A stretch of DNA of 64,000 bases from Squalus acanthias (lineage: Eukaryota): the NCBI GenBank assembly GCA_030390025.1, contig JASTWF010000323.1:310001-374000 (forward strand), read 5' to 3'. The position numbers and the translations under genes are program-made. Within the stretch, counting starts at the first letter, position 1. Each line of letters opens with the position of its first letter. Positions 24,251 to 37,509 of the stretch are shown piece by piece. The notes below the pieces were generated by a model. The model made no database searches, had not been told where the DNA came from, and saw only the letters and a list, made by a program, of their open reading frames with translations.

Positions 24251-26180
24251 CATAGGATTATATCGCATATACGGCACAGAAACAGGCTATTCGGCCCCAC
24301 CAGTACATGCCAGCGTTTATGCTCCACACGAGCCTCCTCCGATCTTTCCTCATCTAAATCTTTTAGCTTAACCCTCTATTGCCATCTCCCTCATATGCAT
24401 GTCCAGCCTCGCCTTAAATGCATCTATACTATTCGCTTGAAACAATCCCTGTGGTAGCGAGTTCCACATTCTCACCAGTCTTTGGGTAAAGAAGTTTCTT
24501 CTGAATTCCCTATTGGATTTCTTATGGCTTCTCGTTATGCTCTTCCTCACATGGAAACATTCTCTCTGTATCTACTCTATCAAAACCTTTCATTATTTTA
24601 AAGACATCTATTAGGTCACCACTCAGCCTACTTTTATCAAGAGAAAAGAGACCCAGCCTGTTCATCCTTTCCTGATATGTATATCCTCGCATTTCTGGTA
24701 ACATCCTTTTAAATCTTTTCTGCACACTCTCCAGTGCCTCTATATCTTTTTTTAATAATATGCCGACCAGAACTGCAGGCAGTACTCTTAATGTGGTCTA
24801 ACCAAGGTTCGATACAGGTTCGGCATAGCATTCCTACTTTTCAGTTCTATCCATCTAGAACTAATTCCTAGTGCTTAGTTTGCTGATATCTGTGACACTT
24901 TTTTCTACTGCCATTATGTTATCCCTGATAAGAACAGCGACTCCACCTCCCCTGTTTCTCTCCCTATATTTTCTAAATAGGTTATACCCTGCAATGTTTA
25001 ATTCCCAGTACTGTTTCTTTCTGTAGCCATGTCTCAGTAATCCCTCCTTTGTCTGGTTCCTCGCAACGCATGATTACCTCCAGCTCCCCTGTTTTATTAT
25101 GGACACTGTATACATTGATATACAGACAGTTTAACTCATTTTAATAGGATTTCCTCTCACATTATGTTTCACCATCTTTTTAGACTCCTGTTCCATAACT
25201 CTATTTATTCCCTTGCCATCAGTGTCCTCCTTCACTTTATTCGTTCCTATGCTCTCTTTTCCTGTTTTGTTTATATTTCGGCTGCTTACGTTTGTTGTAG
25301 ATCTCTCCCACCATCTTACTAGTTTAAACCCTTTGCCGCCTTCTTATTTACCCTTTCTGCTGGGACACGGGTCCCATTCCAGTTCAGGTGGAGCCCGTCC
25401 CCTCGGTACAGGTCCTTCCTGTCCCAGAACTGGTACCAGTGTCCAATGAAAAAGAACCCCTCTTTCCCACACCAGCCCTTGAGCCACGTGTTAATTCTCC
25501 TGATCTATCTGCTTCTCTGCCAATTTGCACGTGGCTCTGGCAGTAATGCAAAGATTATTCCCCTCGAGTTACTGCTTTTTAATTTAGATCCTAACTCCTG
25601 ATACTCGTTCAGCAGGACCTCCTCCCTGCTCCAACTTATGTTATTTGTTCCAACATGGACCACAACAACTGGATTTACCTCTTCCCTGTCCAAGTTCCTC
25701 TCCAGCTGCCGTGAGATATCCTTACCGTGGCACCGGGTAGGCAAGACACCCTTCGGGATTCTCGTTCTTGTCTGCAGAGGACGCTATCTATCCCCCTAAT
25801 TATAGAATCCCCTATCACTACCACATTTCAATACAGCTTTTCACCCGGCACCACCCCCCCCCCCCGCCCCCTCTGAGCCACGGTGCTTTGGTCTGCATTG
25901 TGGCTGTCCTCCCTGCAGTCTTTATCCTTATCGTCACAGGTAGTGAGTACATCGTACCTGTTGGACAGGACCAGTGTCTGTTGGACCTCCTTCTCAGCCT
26001 CTCCTAAATCCCCACTACCCGCCTCCCGAACAGTCACACCCTCCCTTTCCTGAAACTGTGCTTTCCTCTGGGATGTGACTGTATTGTGGATAAAACTGAC
26101 CAGATATTCCTCCCCCTCCCTTATGTGTTTGAGTGTCTTCAACTCGCACTCGAGCTAAATGACTCTGAACCGGATGCTGT
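24250..26180 (-). mobile_element. Decayed, internally deleted CR1 (ORF1 esterase, ORF2 start, 3' end)
   Basis: VVVHVGTNN esterase motif (ORF 25505-25744), LSNRY (25828-26142), FRRNFFTQR..WNSLP (24368-24550). Confidence 0.8.
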
Positions 26181-27630
26181 TACTGCTAAGGGAGGGATTT
26201 ATCTTGACGATATTTTATCTCCAGCATTGCCAATTAAAATTCCAGTTTACAGAATCATTGCCTAATGCTGACAGATTACTCGTATGGAAGAGATTAATCC
26301 TGTAATTCTTTTCTATTTCACTCTCTACCCCTATTCCCCTTCCTGCTCCTAAACCCATTTCTTTTCGTATCCTTTCATATATTCTTTTCGGGAAACAAAC
26401 TCTCCCTCAATCCCTTACCACTGCACTTTTTAATTCCCAGCAACCTGGCCTTTGGCCTACTATTCTCCACCAACTCCAACAATAAATGTGAGGAGCTCAT
26501 GGACTTGTTTTTAAAAAAATCGACAACATCAGTTCAACTGCTTCTGCTATTAATTGCTTCTCTTCCCCTATGCCACGGGATCTTACAAGCTCTTCCATTT
26601 CCCCCCTGCCCTAATACTAAATTTGCATATTTCGCTAATTTCTCTCCTGTCTCCCCTCATGCCCTCTCCGAGCTCAGCCTGTCAAGGAAAGCGACCTCCT
26701 GCTCTCTCGTACCTGTTCCTACTAAATTGCTGACCAGCCAAATTTCCTTCCTGGCTCCAAATTTAGCGGATATTGTTAACTGTTCTCAATCCTCCTCTGG
26801 TATTGTCTCCCTTTCCTTAAAATCTTCTGTCATCACCCCACGCATCAAAAGCAAACCCTTGACCCCTCTGTTATTGCAAACTATCGCCCCATCTCATAGC
26901 CCCCTTTCCTCTCCAAAATTCTTGAACGTGTTGTCGCCTCCCAAATACATGCCCATCTTTCTCAGAAATCCTTCTTTGAATGCATCCAATCGGGCTTCCA
27001 CCCCTGCCACAGTACTGAAATTGCTCTTACCAAGGTCACAAATGACATCCTAATTGTCTCCGACAAAGGTAATCTATCGCTTCTCGTCTGCAGCCTTTGA
27101 CACGGTTGAACACAAAATTCTGCTCCAAGGCCTCTCCACCGTCTTCCAGCTAGATCGGACTGCACTCGCCTGGTTTCATTCATATCTTTCTATCCATAAC
27201 CATAGAATCTCCTGCAATGGCTTCTCTTCCCGAACCCGCACGCTCACCTCTGCTGTCCCAAATGTATCTATTCTTGGCCCCCTTCTATTTCTCATCTACA
27301 TGCTGCCTCTCGGTGAAATCATCCGACAACACAAACGTGCGTTTTCACATGGACGCTGATGATACCCAGTTCTACCCCGTCACCTCCTCGCTCGCACCCT
27401 CCAACACCTATATACTATCAGACTGCTTGTCCGACACCCAGCACTGGAAGAGTAGAAATTTCCTCCAATTAAATATCAGAAAGACCGAAGCCATTGCCTT
27501 CGGTTTACACCATAAACTCTGTTCCCTTTACACTGATTCGATCTCGCTCCTCGGCACCTTTCTAAGGGTGACCAGGTCTGTTCGCAAGCTTAGTGTCATA
27601 TTTGAATTCGAATTGAGCTTCCTACTTCCT

Positions 27631-28511
27631 CAAAAGCAAAATACTGCGGCTGCTGGAAATCTGAAATAAAATCAAAAATTGCTGGAACTACTCCGCATGT
27701 CAGGCAGCATCTGTGGAGGGAGAAACAGATTTAACGTTTCAGGTCGATGACCCTTCGTCAGAACTGGAAAAAGCTGGAGATGGAACAGGTTTTTAAGCAA
27801 ATGAAGGGGCAGGGAAAGGGAGGAGGGCAGGAAAGAACAAAAGGGAAGTTCTGTGTTAGGATGGAAGACAGGAGAGATTAAGAGACAAAAGGGATGATGG
27901 TGCAAGGCAAAAGGAGATGATAATGGGACAACTTAAGAAACAAAAGATAGCTCTAGATGAAGTGTAAATGGCGATGGCAGAATGAAAGACAGCTGCCATG
28001 TGAGAGAGAGAAAAAAATATGGAAAAAAAGATTAAGGCCTGAAATTGTTTAACTCTATGTTGAGTCCAGAAGTTTGTAAAGTGCCTAATCGAAAGATGAG
28101 GTGCTGTTCCTCGCGCTTATGTTGAGCTTCATTGGAACAGTGTAAGAGGCCGAGGACGGTGAGGTCTGAGTTGGAGTGGAGCGGAGAATTAAAGTGACAG
28201 GCGACCGAAAGCTCAGAGTCACCCTACGGACTGAACAGATGTGTTCCGCAAAGCGGTCACCCAATCTGCGTTTGGTCTCCCCAATGTAGAGGAGACCGCA
28301 TCGTGAGCAGCGAATACAGTATACTAAATTGCAAGAAGTACAAGTAAATCGCTGTTTCAACTGGAAGGAATGTTTGGAGCGCTGGACAGTGGGAAGGGAG
28401 GAATTAAAAGGGCATGTGTTGCATCTCCTGCGCTTGCACGGGAAGGTGACGGGTGAAGGAGAAGGGGTGTTGTAGGTGATAGAAAGTAGACCAGGGAGTC
28501 GCAGACCAGGG
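27631..28511 (-). mobile_element. 5'-truncated Penelope family A insertion
   Basis: GIY-YIG NLVYCIRCSRCGLLYIGETKRRLGDRFAEH; perfect 12-bp TSD TTCCTACTTCCT (27619-27630, 28512-28523). Confidence 0.92.
27729..27765 (-). ncRNA. Minimal type I hammerhead ribozyme motif
   Basis: Minus strand AGUU-CUGACGA-A-GGGUC-AUC-GACCU-GAAA-CG-UU-AAAU; core intact, one mismatch in stem I. Confidence 0.7.
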
Positions 28512-29206
28512 TTCCTACTTCCTATACGTTCTTTCACTAAGACTTCCCATTTCCACCTTCGTAACATCGCCCGTCTCTGCCCTTGCCTCAACTTACCTGC
28601 TGCCAAATCTCACGTCCATACCTGTCTCACCTCTAGACTTAACTATACCAACGAACTCATGTCTGGCCACTCTAGTTCTGCGCTCCATAAACTTGAGGTC
28701 ATCCAAAACTCAGCCACACCTGTCCAAACTCGCACCAAGTCCCACTCGCCCATCTCCTCTGTGCTTGCTGACCTACATTGGCTCCCAGCTAAGGAATGCC
28801 TCGATTTTAAAATTCTCATCCTTGTTTTCAAATCCCTGCATTGCCTCACCTCTTCTTATCTCTGCCATCTCCTCCAGCCCTATAATCCACCTAGACCTCT
28901 GCACTCCGCCTATTCTTGTCCTTTTAATATCCCAGATTTTAATTGGCTCCACCATTGGCGGTCTTACTTTCAGCTGCCTACGTCCTAAGCTGTTGAATTT
29001 TTCCCTAAATCTCTTCATTTCTATTTCCTCCTTTAAGACGCTTCTAAAAACCTACATCTTTGAACAAGCTTTAGTTCCCCTGAACTAACATCTCCTTATA
29101 TGGCTCGGTGTCAATTGTTTACATAGAACATAGAACATAGAACAGTACAGCACAGTACAGGCCCTTCGGCCCTCGATGTTGTGCCGAGCATTGTCCGAGA
29201 CCAAGA

Positions 29207-32100
29207 TCAAGCTATCACACTCCCTAGCACTCTGGGGTGCTCCATGTGCTTATCCAATAACCGCTTGAAAGTTCCTAAAGTGTCCGACTCCACTATCACA
29301 GCAGGCAGTCCATTCCACACCCCAACCACTCTCTGAGTAAAGAATCTACCTCGGACATCCCTTCTATATCTCCCCCCATGCACCTTATAGTTATGCCCCC
29401 TTGTAACAGCTGCCTCTACCCGAGGAAATAGTCTCTGAACATCCACTCTATCTATCCCCCTCATCATCTTATAAACCTCTATTAAGTCGCCTCTCATCCT
29501 CCTCCGCTCTAAAGAGAAAAGCCCCAACTCCCTCAATCTTTCCTCATAAGACCTCCCCCCCAAACCAGGCAGCATCCTGGTAAATCTCCTTTGCACTCTT
29601 TCCAATGCTTCCACGTCCTTCCTATAGTGAGGTGACCAGAACTGCACACAATATTCCAAATGTGGTCTCACCAAGGTCCTGTACAGATGCAGCATAACCT
29701 CACGGTTCTTAAATTCAAACCCTCTGTTAATAAACGCCAACACACCATAGGCCTTCTTTACTGCTCTATCCACTTGAGTGGCAACCTTCAGAGATCTGTG
29801 GATATGAACCCCCAGATCCCTCTGCTCCTCCACGTTCCTCAGAACCCTGCCGTTGACCCTGTAATCCTTATTCAAATTTGCCCTACCAAAATGAATCACC
29901 TCGCACTTATCAGGGTTAAATTCCATCTGCCATTTTTCGGCCCAGCTCTGCATCCTATCAATGTCTCTTTGCAGCCTACAACTGCCCTCCACCTCATCCA
30001 CTACTCCACCAATCTTGGTGTCATCAGCAAATTTACTGATCCACCCTTCAGTCCCCTCCTCCAAGTCATTGATAAAAATCACAAACAGCAGAGGACCCAG
30101 CACCGACCCCTGTGGCACACCGCTGGTAACTGGTCTCCAGTCCGAAAATGTTCCATCCACCACCACCCTCTGCCTTCTATGAGATAGCCAGTTACTTATC
30201 CAATCGGCCAAATTTCCCTCTATCCCACAACTCCTTACTTTCTTCATGAGACGACCATGGGGAACCTTATCAAACGCCTTACTAAAATCCATGTATACGA
30301 CATCAACTGCTCTAACTTCATCTACACACTTAGTTACCTCCTCAAAGAATTCAATCAAATTTGTTAGGCAAGACTTACCCTTCACGAATCCGTGTTGACT
30401 ATCCCTGATTAAGTTGCCCCTTTCCAAATGGTCATAAATCCTATCCCTCAGGACCTTTTCCATTATCTTACCAACCACCGAAGTAAGACTAACCGGCCTA
30501 TAATTACCAGGGTCATTCCTATTTCCTTTTTTGAAGAGAGGAACAACATTCGCCACTCTCCAGTCCTCTGGCACCATCCCCGTGGACAGTGAGGAACCAA
30601 AGATCAAAGCCAGAGGCTCTGCAATCTCCTCCCTTGCCTCCCAAAGAATCCTAGGATATATCCCATCTGGCCCAGGGGACTTATCGACCCTCAGGTTCTT
30701 CAAAATTGCTAAAACATCTTCCCTCAGAACATCTACCACCTCCAGCCTATCCACCTTTATCACACTCTCATCCTCAAGAACATGGCCCCTCTCCTCGGTG
30801 AACACTGACGAAAAGTATTCATTCATCACCTCTCCTATCTCTTCTGACTCCATGCACAAGTTCCCACTACTGTCCTTGACCGGCCCTACCCTCACCCTGG
30901 TCATTCTTTTATTTCTCACATAAGAGTAAAAAGCCTTGGGGTTTTTCTTGATCCGACCCGCCAAGGACTTCTCATGCCCCCTCCTAGCTCTCCTATGCTC
31001 TTTTTTTAGCTCATTCCTTGCTACCTTGTACCCCTCAATCGACCCAACTAAACCTTGTTTTCTCATCCTTACATACGCTTCCTTTTTCCTCTTGACTAGA
31101 CATTCAACCTCTTTTGTGAACCATGGTTCTCTCACTCGGCCATTTCCTCCCTGCCTGACAGGGACATACCTATCAAGGACACGCAGTAATTGCTCCATGA
31201 AAAAGCTCCACTTTTCGTTTGTGCCTTTCCCTGATAGTTTCTGTTCCCATTTTATACTCCCTAATTCTTGCCTAATCGCATCATAATTACCCCTCCCCCA
31301 ATTATAAACCCTGCCCTGCCGTATGGCCCTATCGCTCTCCATTGCAATAGTGAAAGTTACCGAATTGTGGTCACTATCTCCAAAGTGCTCTCCCACATAC
31401 AAATCAAACACTTGGCCCGGTTCATTACCCAGTACCAAATCCAACGTGGCCCCACCTCTTGTCGGCCTATCCACATATTGTGTCAGGAAACCCTCCTGCA
31501 CACACTGTGCAAAAGCTATCCCATCCGAACTGTTTGACCTATAAAGGTTCCAATCAATATTTGGAAAGTTGAAGTCACCCATGACAACTACTCTGTGACC
31601 TCCACACCTATTCATAATCTGCTTTGCAATTTCTTCCTCCACATCTTTATTACTATTTGGCGGCCTGTAGAAAACTCCTAACAACGTGACCGCTCCTTTC
31701 CTATTTCTAACTTCAACCCATATTACCTCAGACGGCAGATCCCCCTCGAACTGCCTTTCTGCCGCTGTTAAACTATCCTTGATTAACAATGCTACTCCTC
31801 CACCTTTCTTACCACCTTCCCTACTCTTACTGACACATCTATACCCCGGAACTTCCAACAACCATTCCTGTCACTGTTCTAACCATGTCTCCGTAATGGC
31901 CACCACATCGTAGTCCCAAGTACCAATCCACGCTCCAAGATCTCCTACCTTATTCCGGATGCTCCTTGCATTGAAGTACACACACTTCAAGCCATCTTCC
32001 TGTCTGCCGGTACATTCCTGCGACCTTGATACCCTCCTCAGTACCTCCCTACACTCACCACTGGCTCGTGTACTACAGCCCTTTTTCCCATCCCCCTGAC
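29207..32100 (-). pseudogene. CR1 ORF2 (APE endonuclease plus RT) with one in-frame nonsense codon
   Basis: ORFs 31871-32224 and 29207-31861 are in the same frame, separated by TGA at 31871-31873 (ITETWLEQ*QEWLLEVPGY). Start position approximate. Confidence 0.9.
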
Positions 32101-32103
32101 AAA

Positions 32104-33029
32104 TTAGTTTAAACCCCCCCGAAGAGCCGTAGCAAATTTCCCTCCCAGGATATTGGTGCCCCTCTGGTTCAGGTGCAAACCGTCCTGTTTGTACAGGTCC
32201 CACCTTCCCCAGAATGTGCTCCAATTATCTACATAACTGAAACCCTCCCCCCTACACCATCCCTGCAGCCACGTGTTTATCTGCACTCTCTCCCTGTTCC
32301 TCAACTCTCTAGCACGTGGCACCGGCAACAAACCAGAAATTACAACATGGTTTGTACTGGCTCTCAGCTTCCAACCAAGCTCCCTAAATTCCTGTTTTAA
32401 ATCCCCGTCCCTTCTCTTACCTATGTCGTTGGTACCGATGTGTACCACGACTTGTGATTGTTCCCCTTCCCCTTTGAGGATTCTGAAAACACGGTCCGAG
32501 ACGTCACTGACCCTGGCACCCGGGAGGCAACATACCATCCGTGAGTCTCTTTTGCTGCCACAGAACCTCCTATCTGTCCCTCTGACTATTGAGTCCCCAA
32601 TAACTATTGCTCTCCTGCTCTCCCCCTTCCCTTCTGAGCCACAGGGACGGACCCAGCGCCGGAGATCCGGTCACCGTGGCTTACCACTGGTAAGTCGTCC
32701 CCCTCAACTGTATTCAAAGCGGTATACCTGTTACTGAGGGGAACGACCACAGAGGATCCCTGCACTGACTGCTTCCTCCTAGCCCCTCTCACCGTCACCC
32801 ATCTATCTTCATGCTTTGGAGTAATTACATCCCTGAAGCTTCTATCTATGACCTCCTCTGCCTCCCGAATGATCCGAAGTTCATCCAGCTCCAGCTCCAG
32901 TTCCCTAACACGGTTTTCGAGGAGCTGGAGATGGGTGCACTTCCCACAGGTTTAATCAGCAGGGACACCTACGGCGTCCCTCACCTCAAACATTCTGCAG
33001 GAGGAACATTTCACTGCCTCCCCTGCCAT
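32104..33029 (-). pseudogene. CR1 ORF1 (zinc finger/leucine zipper plus SGNH esterase), disrupted
   Basis: ATG at 33029: MAGEAVKCSSCRMF..CGKC..LELELDEL; GDSIVRG, VVVHIGTND, DGLHLN. Contains a stop and a frameshift. Confidence 0.85.
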
Positions 33030-34079
33030 CCCCTCCAGCTAACTTGCAGATTAAACTAGAACAAAAAAGAGCTTACCTGATAGTCACTCACCTCCTTTAG
33101 GTTAGAGGAGGAGGAAGGGTGGGGGACACTACAAGTGTAGTGTCTCGGGTTTAGGAACCGCCCAACTTATATACAGGTAAAAATTAATCACCTACCCAGC
33201 AACCACTGCGTCCCGCACTTTAAAAGCCTCTGTGGGCCTACCTGGTCGCCGCCGCCTCTTGACTCCTCCGCCTCGCCGCAGCCGCTCCACCGCCTCTGTG
33301 TGTTTATTTTTGATAACACTTCTCTGAAGAGTCTTGGGACTTTTTATTACGTTAAAGGCAATATATAAATGTAAGTTTTTGTTGTTTTGGTTTCATGGAA
33401 CAGTTGAGAGGGAGTTTTACTTTGCATATAACGCATGCTGCACCTGATATTATTTCATCTTGGTTGATTGTTATTTACTGAGCAGTACCGTACTCTCTCA
33501 ACTTTATTACCTTCTCTATTCTTCCCTTGTTTGCGGGGACATTGTACCAGGAGCTTTATCCATTACCTCCCATGATGTTCCCCTCCAATTATTGCTCCGA
33601 TGGTCACAGCACTTTATCCCCCTGATGATACCTTCACTTATTGCCTCTGATGCCCTTCTTGTTGCAGGGAATAGACTGGTTTCAGAACACAGAAGACTTT
33701 AATATCCCTGCCTCATCCCAACACAAATACCTCAAACTGTCTCTCACTACCAAAGCAGGAGGGATACACACTGCCTCTTCTAAAAAGAAGGGAGAGTTCA
33801 GGGTCTATAAGGCGAGAGTTGGACAATGGAGGGCGGGAGTGGGCGGCGGTGGACATTGAATAATGGGAACTGAACTTTGGAGGATTGCAGGGAGAATACA
33901 TGAGGTTTATTTTGGAAGTCTGTGCTCCCTGCCTGGAGTCTCAGAACATGGGAGCGGGAATTAAAAATGTTATATTGGATTAAGTAATTCAAATACATTC
34001 ATTAATTACAAATATATTCAAATTAAATATTATCACAGTGACAAAAAAAAGCCCAATTTTATTCCAGGCCCACATTCTG

Positions 34080-34400
34080 GGATTAATATGAATCATTTTT
34101 CTATTGAAATTCTCTGGGAGTGAGCAATATCTGAGGAAGGTGGAGAGAGAAAAGTCGTATCATTGCCCCAGTCACTGGGACTGGAGAAATGTCCCTGGCG
34201 TCGCAGAGCAGATCCGGCGGGACCGAAACCTCAGTGTCGGAGACCTGATCAAATGGGACGTCTCGTCAATGATTGAAAAGCTGAGGAACTTTACTGAGAA
34301 TCCCACTAGTGCACGATTTTGCCGAGGTGAGAGTCTAACCAGACACCGGGAGCTGATCCAGATCTGACGTCAGGCTCGGACATTGATGTGCGAAGTTGAG
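34080..34400. repeat. Low-copy non-coding segment, copy 2 (paralogue of 9005-9330)
   Basis: Same orientation as copy 1 and likewise followed by the 67-bp satellite. Confidence 0.85.
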
Positions 34401-35250
34401 TCGAGCTTTACTTGTAGATAAACCTTGCCAATACCTCACCTGGGTGTGTTTGACACTTACAGGTAGAGGGATCTTCATTCTGTATTCACCCCATGCTGTA
34501 CCTGAGTTGGTTGTGCTTCTTTGGGTAGAGTCAAGTGAGCTGTGCACTGCATTGAACACATGCTGTACCTACTCTGCGTATGTTTGATGGGGCAGTGTAG
34601 AGTGAGTTTTACTCTGGAGCTAACCCGTGCTCTAGCTCCCCTGGAAGTGTAGGTTGAGCCATTGCAGAGGGAGCTTTACTTTGTATCAACCCGTGAAAAT
34701 GCGGCCTTGCGAGTGTTTGATGGGACAGTGCAGATGGAGTACTACATTGTATGTAACAGTACTGTAACTGCCCTGGGAGTGTGTCAAGTGACATTGTAGA
34801 GGGATTTATTCTCTGTATCTAACCCATGCTATAGCTGCCCCAGGAGTGTTTTGTGGGACGGTGTCGATGGAGAATTACTCTGTATCTAAGCCGTGCAGTA
34901 CCTGCCCTGGGAATGTTTCATGAGACAGTGTAGATGGAGCTTCACCCTGTATCTAACCCGTGCCGTATCTGCACTGGGAGTGTTTCATAGGACAGTAAGA
35001 GTGAGCTATACTCTTTATCGAGCCTGTGCTCCACATGCCCTAAGAGTGTTCGATGGGAGAGTGCAGAGGGACCTTTACTCCGTATCTAACCCGTGCTGTA
35101 CCTGCCCTGTGATGTTTTGGATGGTGCAGTGACGAGGGAAATTTACTCTGTATCTTACTCGTGCTGTTCAAGTCCAGGGAGTGTTTGATGGGACCGTATA
35201 GAGTGAGCTTATCCTCATATCTAACCCGCGCTGTCCCTGCCCTGGTTGTG
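34400..35250. repeat. 67-bp satellite array, reverse orientation
   Basis: Units such as TTTACTCTGTATCTAACCCGTGCTGTACCTGCCCTGGGAGTGTTTGATGGGACAGTGTAGA. Confidence 0.9.
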
Positions 35251-35439
35251 TTTAATGTGAAGGTGAAATGGCAGTTCCACTCACTTTACACTCCTGTTCG
35301 GTAACTCTATTTATTCCATGGTCAAATTGAACATGGTAACCAATACACAGGCGGATAAATTTATAGTTAATTATTAAATAGGAGATGATAAGCAAGACAG
35401 AGCGGAATAAAGTTACAGTTAATTGTAAAATTGGAAATG

Positions 35440-35715
35440 ATAAGAACACAGCAGTATATTGTGTAATTGGGTGGCAGCAGTAAATGGTAAAATTGGTGAG
35501 GGCAGCGTAACATTGTGGAATTGGGAGACAGCAGTAAATGGTAAAATTGGGGTGGGCTGTAGTACATGGTGGAATTGGGAGGCAGCAGTAAATTGTAAAA
35601 TTGGGGAGGGCAGCAGTACATTGTGGAATTGGGAGGAGGCAGTAAATGGTAAAATTGGGCTGGGCAGTAGTACATTGTGGAATTGGGAGGCAGCAGTAAA
35701 TGGTACAATTGCGGA
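35440..35715. repeat. Short G-rich tandem repeat related to the 27-28-bp minisatellite, reverse orientation
   Basis: Recurring GCAGTAAATGGTAAAATTGGG and CATTGTGGAATTGGGAG; the reverse complement resembles CCATTTACTG.TGCC..CCCAAT. Confidence 0.7.
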
Positions 35716-35847
35716 GAGGGAGAGAAAGAGAGAGAGAGAGAGTGAGAGACGTGAGGCATGCCAGGCGAGAGAGTCAGTGAGATTTTTCTACAGGAACTGA
35801 TGACAGTGTGTTACGATGAACAATGTGTCTCCATAGTTCTGTTAATA

Positions 35848-35853
35848 TTTATT
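35848..35853 (-). terminator. Candidate polyadenylation signal of the GPCR gene
   Basis: AATAAA on the minus strand about 450 nt past the stop codon; position only, no transcript evidence. Confidence 0.35.
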
Positions 35854-36305
35854 GTGGGTTTGTTGGAGAATGTCATTGCACAAAGAATTTCTCTGCTGGT
35901 ATTTTCATATGTGCACGGGCGTTCTGTAATTCAGTTAATATTTGAACATGGACTGGGTTAATATTTACAGGGGGTTTCTATCCCTCTCATTGTAACTATG
36001 ATCACAGGGTCTGGGGGAGTATTTAATAGATTATTATCAGCGCTTGGCAGTATAGCAGTACGGTTAGAGGGTGTCAGTGAGTCTGTTGATATAAATCTGT
36101 AATCACTGTCAGTGTGTTAATATTTTTGAGGTCTGTGGGATTGATTTGCAATTCAAAGGATGTCGCTGGCGCTGGGTTGTGATGTACAGAGTGTGTCAGT
36201 GAGTGTGCTAATAATAACCAATATCACTGGCCCCGCGGGTGAGACTCGGTCGGACAGAATATGAGGGGGGATTAAATTCTGATGCAGCAACTTCTAAAGT
36301 CCTTC

Positions 36306-37207
36306 TCATCCTTTAATGAATTTTACAATTAAAGTAAAGGGATATTTCACCACATTTATCCACTGCTGTCTGAACCTAGTCTGTGTCACAGCAGAAATGC
36401 AAGTGTTTGTGCAGCAACTCAGGAGCTGGAGCACTTGTCCCAAATCTGACAAATATATAGGTAGAGATACAAAATAATCAACCAATCGCCACATCCGGTT
36501 ATATATAGAATACACCATAAGCACTGACCATAACAGGATGAAATTGCACGAAAGAGCAAACAGTAAAATGATGGATTTCCTTCGGAACTCCATCTCTGGG
36601 TCTCTGGGTCTCTCCCCACTGCTGGGACCCCGGAGTCTCCTGCGGGCTCTGCTGGCCACTAAAATGTGTCTGACGGTGACAGCATTGAGCAGCAGAATCA
36701 GAACAAATGCTACTCCCGGTGTGAGAATATAATGAAGGAACTCAATTGCTCCCCAGACCGGTGAAAACTGAACATCTAATGTTACTTCACAAAACCAGGG
36801 GACGTTCGCTAGTCCATATTCACCTGTTAACATAAAATACCAGAAAACGTTCTTTAAACAGCTCAGCACAGTCACTGTTCCTAGAACCACAGCCGCCGTT
36901 TTCTTGGTGCAATATTTTGTTTTCAGCTTCAGGCAACAGATGGCCACAAAGCGATCAAAAGTGAAAGTGACAGTGAACCAGACAGAACAGTCTGTGACTG
37001 CATAAAGCAGGACGGCGTTGATATTACAGACAGGGATAGAATACAGAGGAGCAAGCGGTTTCTTAGAAGACATCGGAATTAACCTTAATATCAGATCGAT
37101 GATAACGACCAGTAGATCCGCCGCTGCCATGGCCACCAGGTAGCGAGTGACACATGTGGAGAGACCGCACTTTCCCAGAGACAGGATCACAATGGTCACT
37201 AAGTTAA
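36306..37207 (-). CDS. GPR139/GPR142-like class A GPCR, exon 2 (end of TM1 to C-terminus)
   Basis: Acceptor CTGTTTCTTTTCCTTCCGCACAG|TT AAC. Open frame NLVTIVILS..YLVAMAAADLL..PVCNI..SVWFTVTFTFDRFVAIC..PWFC..LLSCCTNTCIS..FRQQ to stop; hydrophobic segments fit a 7TM protein. Confidence 0.93.
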
Positions 37208-37509
37208 CTGTGCGGAAGGAAAAGAAACAGGGACGTTTTACATCAGGCTGGCAGCAAAGGCAGCAGTTTGATGGAATTTGAGGTGAAATCGGCAACCAAT
37301 TACCGACATTCATTGATATAATGTAATTATATTACCTTTAAGCTGTGATTCTTTATTGTAAGAATAATTAATCAATAAATGAAGTTAGAATAAATGCATG
37401 AAATAACAGATGTTTGCTCATTGAGAGATGAAATGATAGATCTACATTTAGCCCAGCATATAAGAAGCTCCAGCTGAGGTACCAGGGATACAAAGAATCA
37501 GAACATCTC

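Larger units (their letters stand above)
26440..29115 (+). mobile_element. Decayed L2 LINE, interrupted by Penelope (27631-28511) and CR1 (29122-33300); its 3' tip resumes at 33307-33390
   Basis: SAAFDTVEH..LAWFHSYLS..SILGPLLF, ADDTQ, LQLNIRKTE, FHLRNIARL, LHWLP. The 3' end at 33307-33390 matches the L2 end at 6074-6140. Confidence 0.88.
29122..33300 (-). mobile_element. Near full-length young CR1 LINE (about 4.2 kb)
   Basis: TSD TGTTTA (29116-29121, 33301-33306), GC-rich 5' end, ORF1, ORF2 and (CATAGAA)n tail; almost identical to 11785-14665 over the shared part. Confidence 0.95.

Noticed and set aside
34104..34367. 87-aa ORF as a cytokine-like exon
   Set aside because: The paralogous copy at 9005-9330 has stops and a frameshift in this frame, and both copies share an upstream in-frame TGA; no frame is conserved.
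37208..37313. N-terminal 36 aa of track ORF 36306-37313 as the GPCR start
   Set aside because: This is intron sequence containing the polypyrimidine tract and AG; TM1 is only completed by splicing to 41786.
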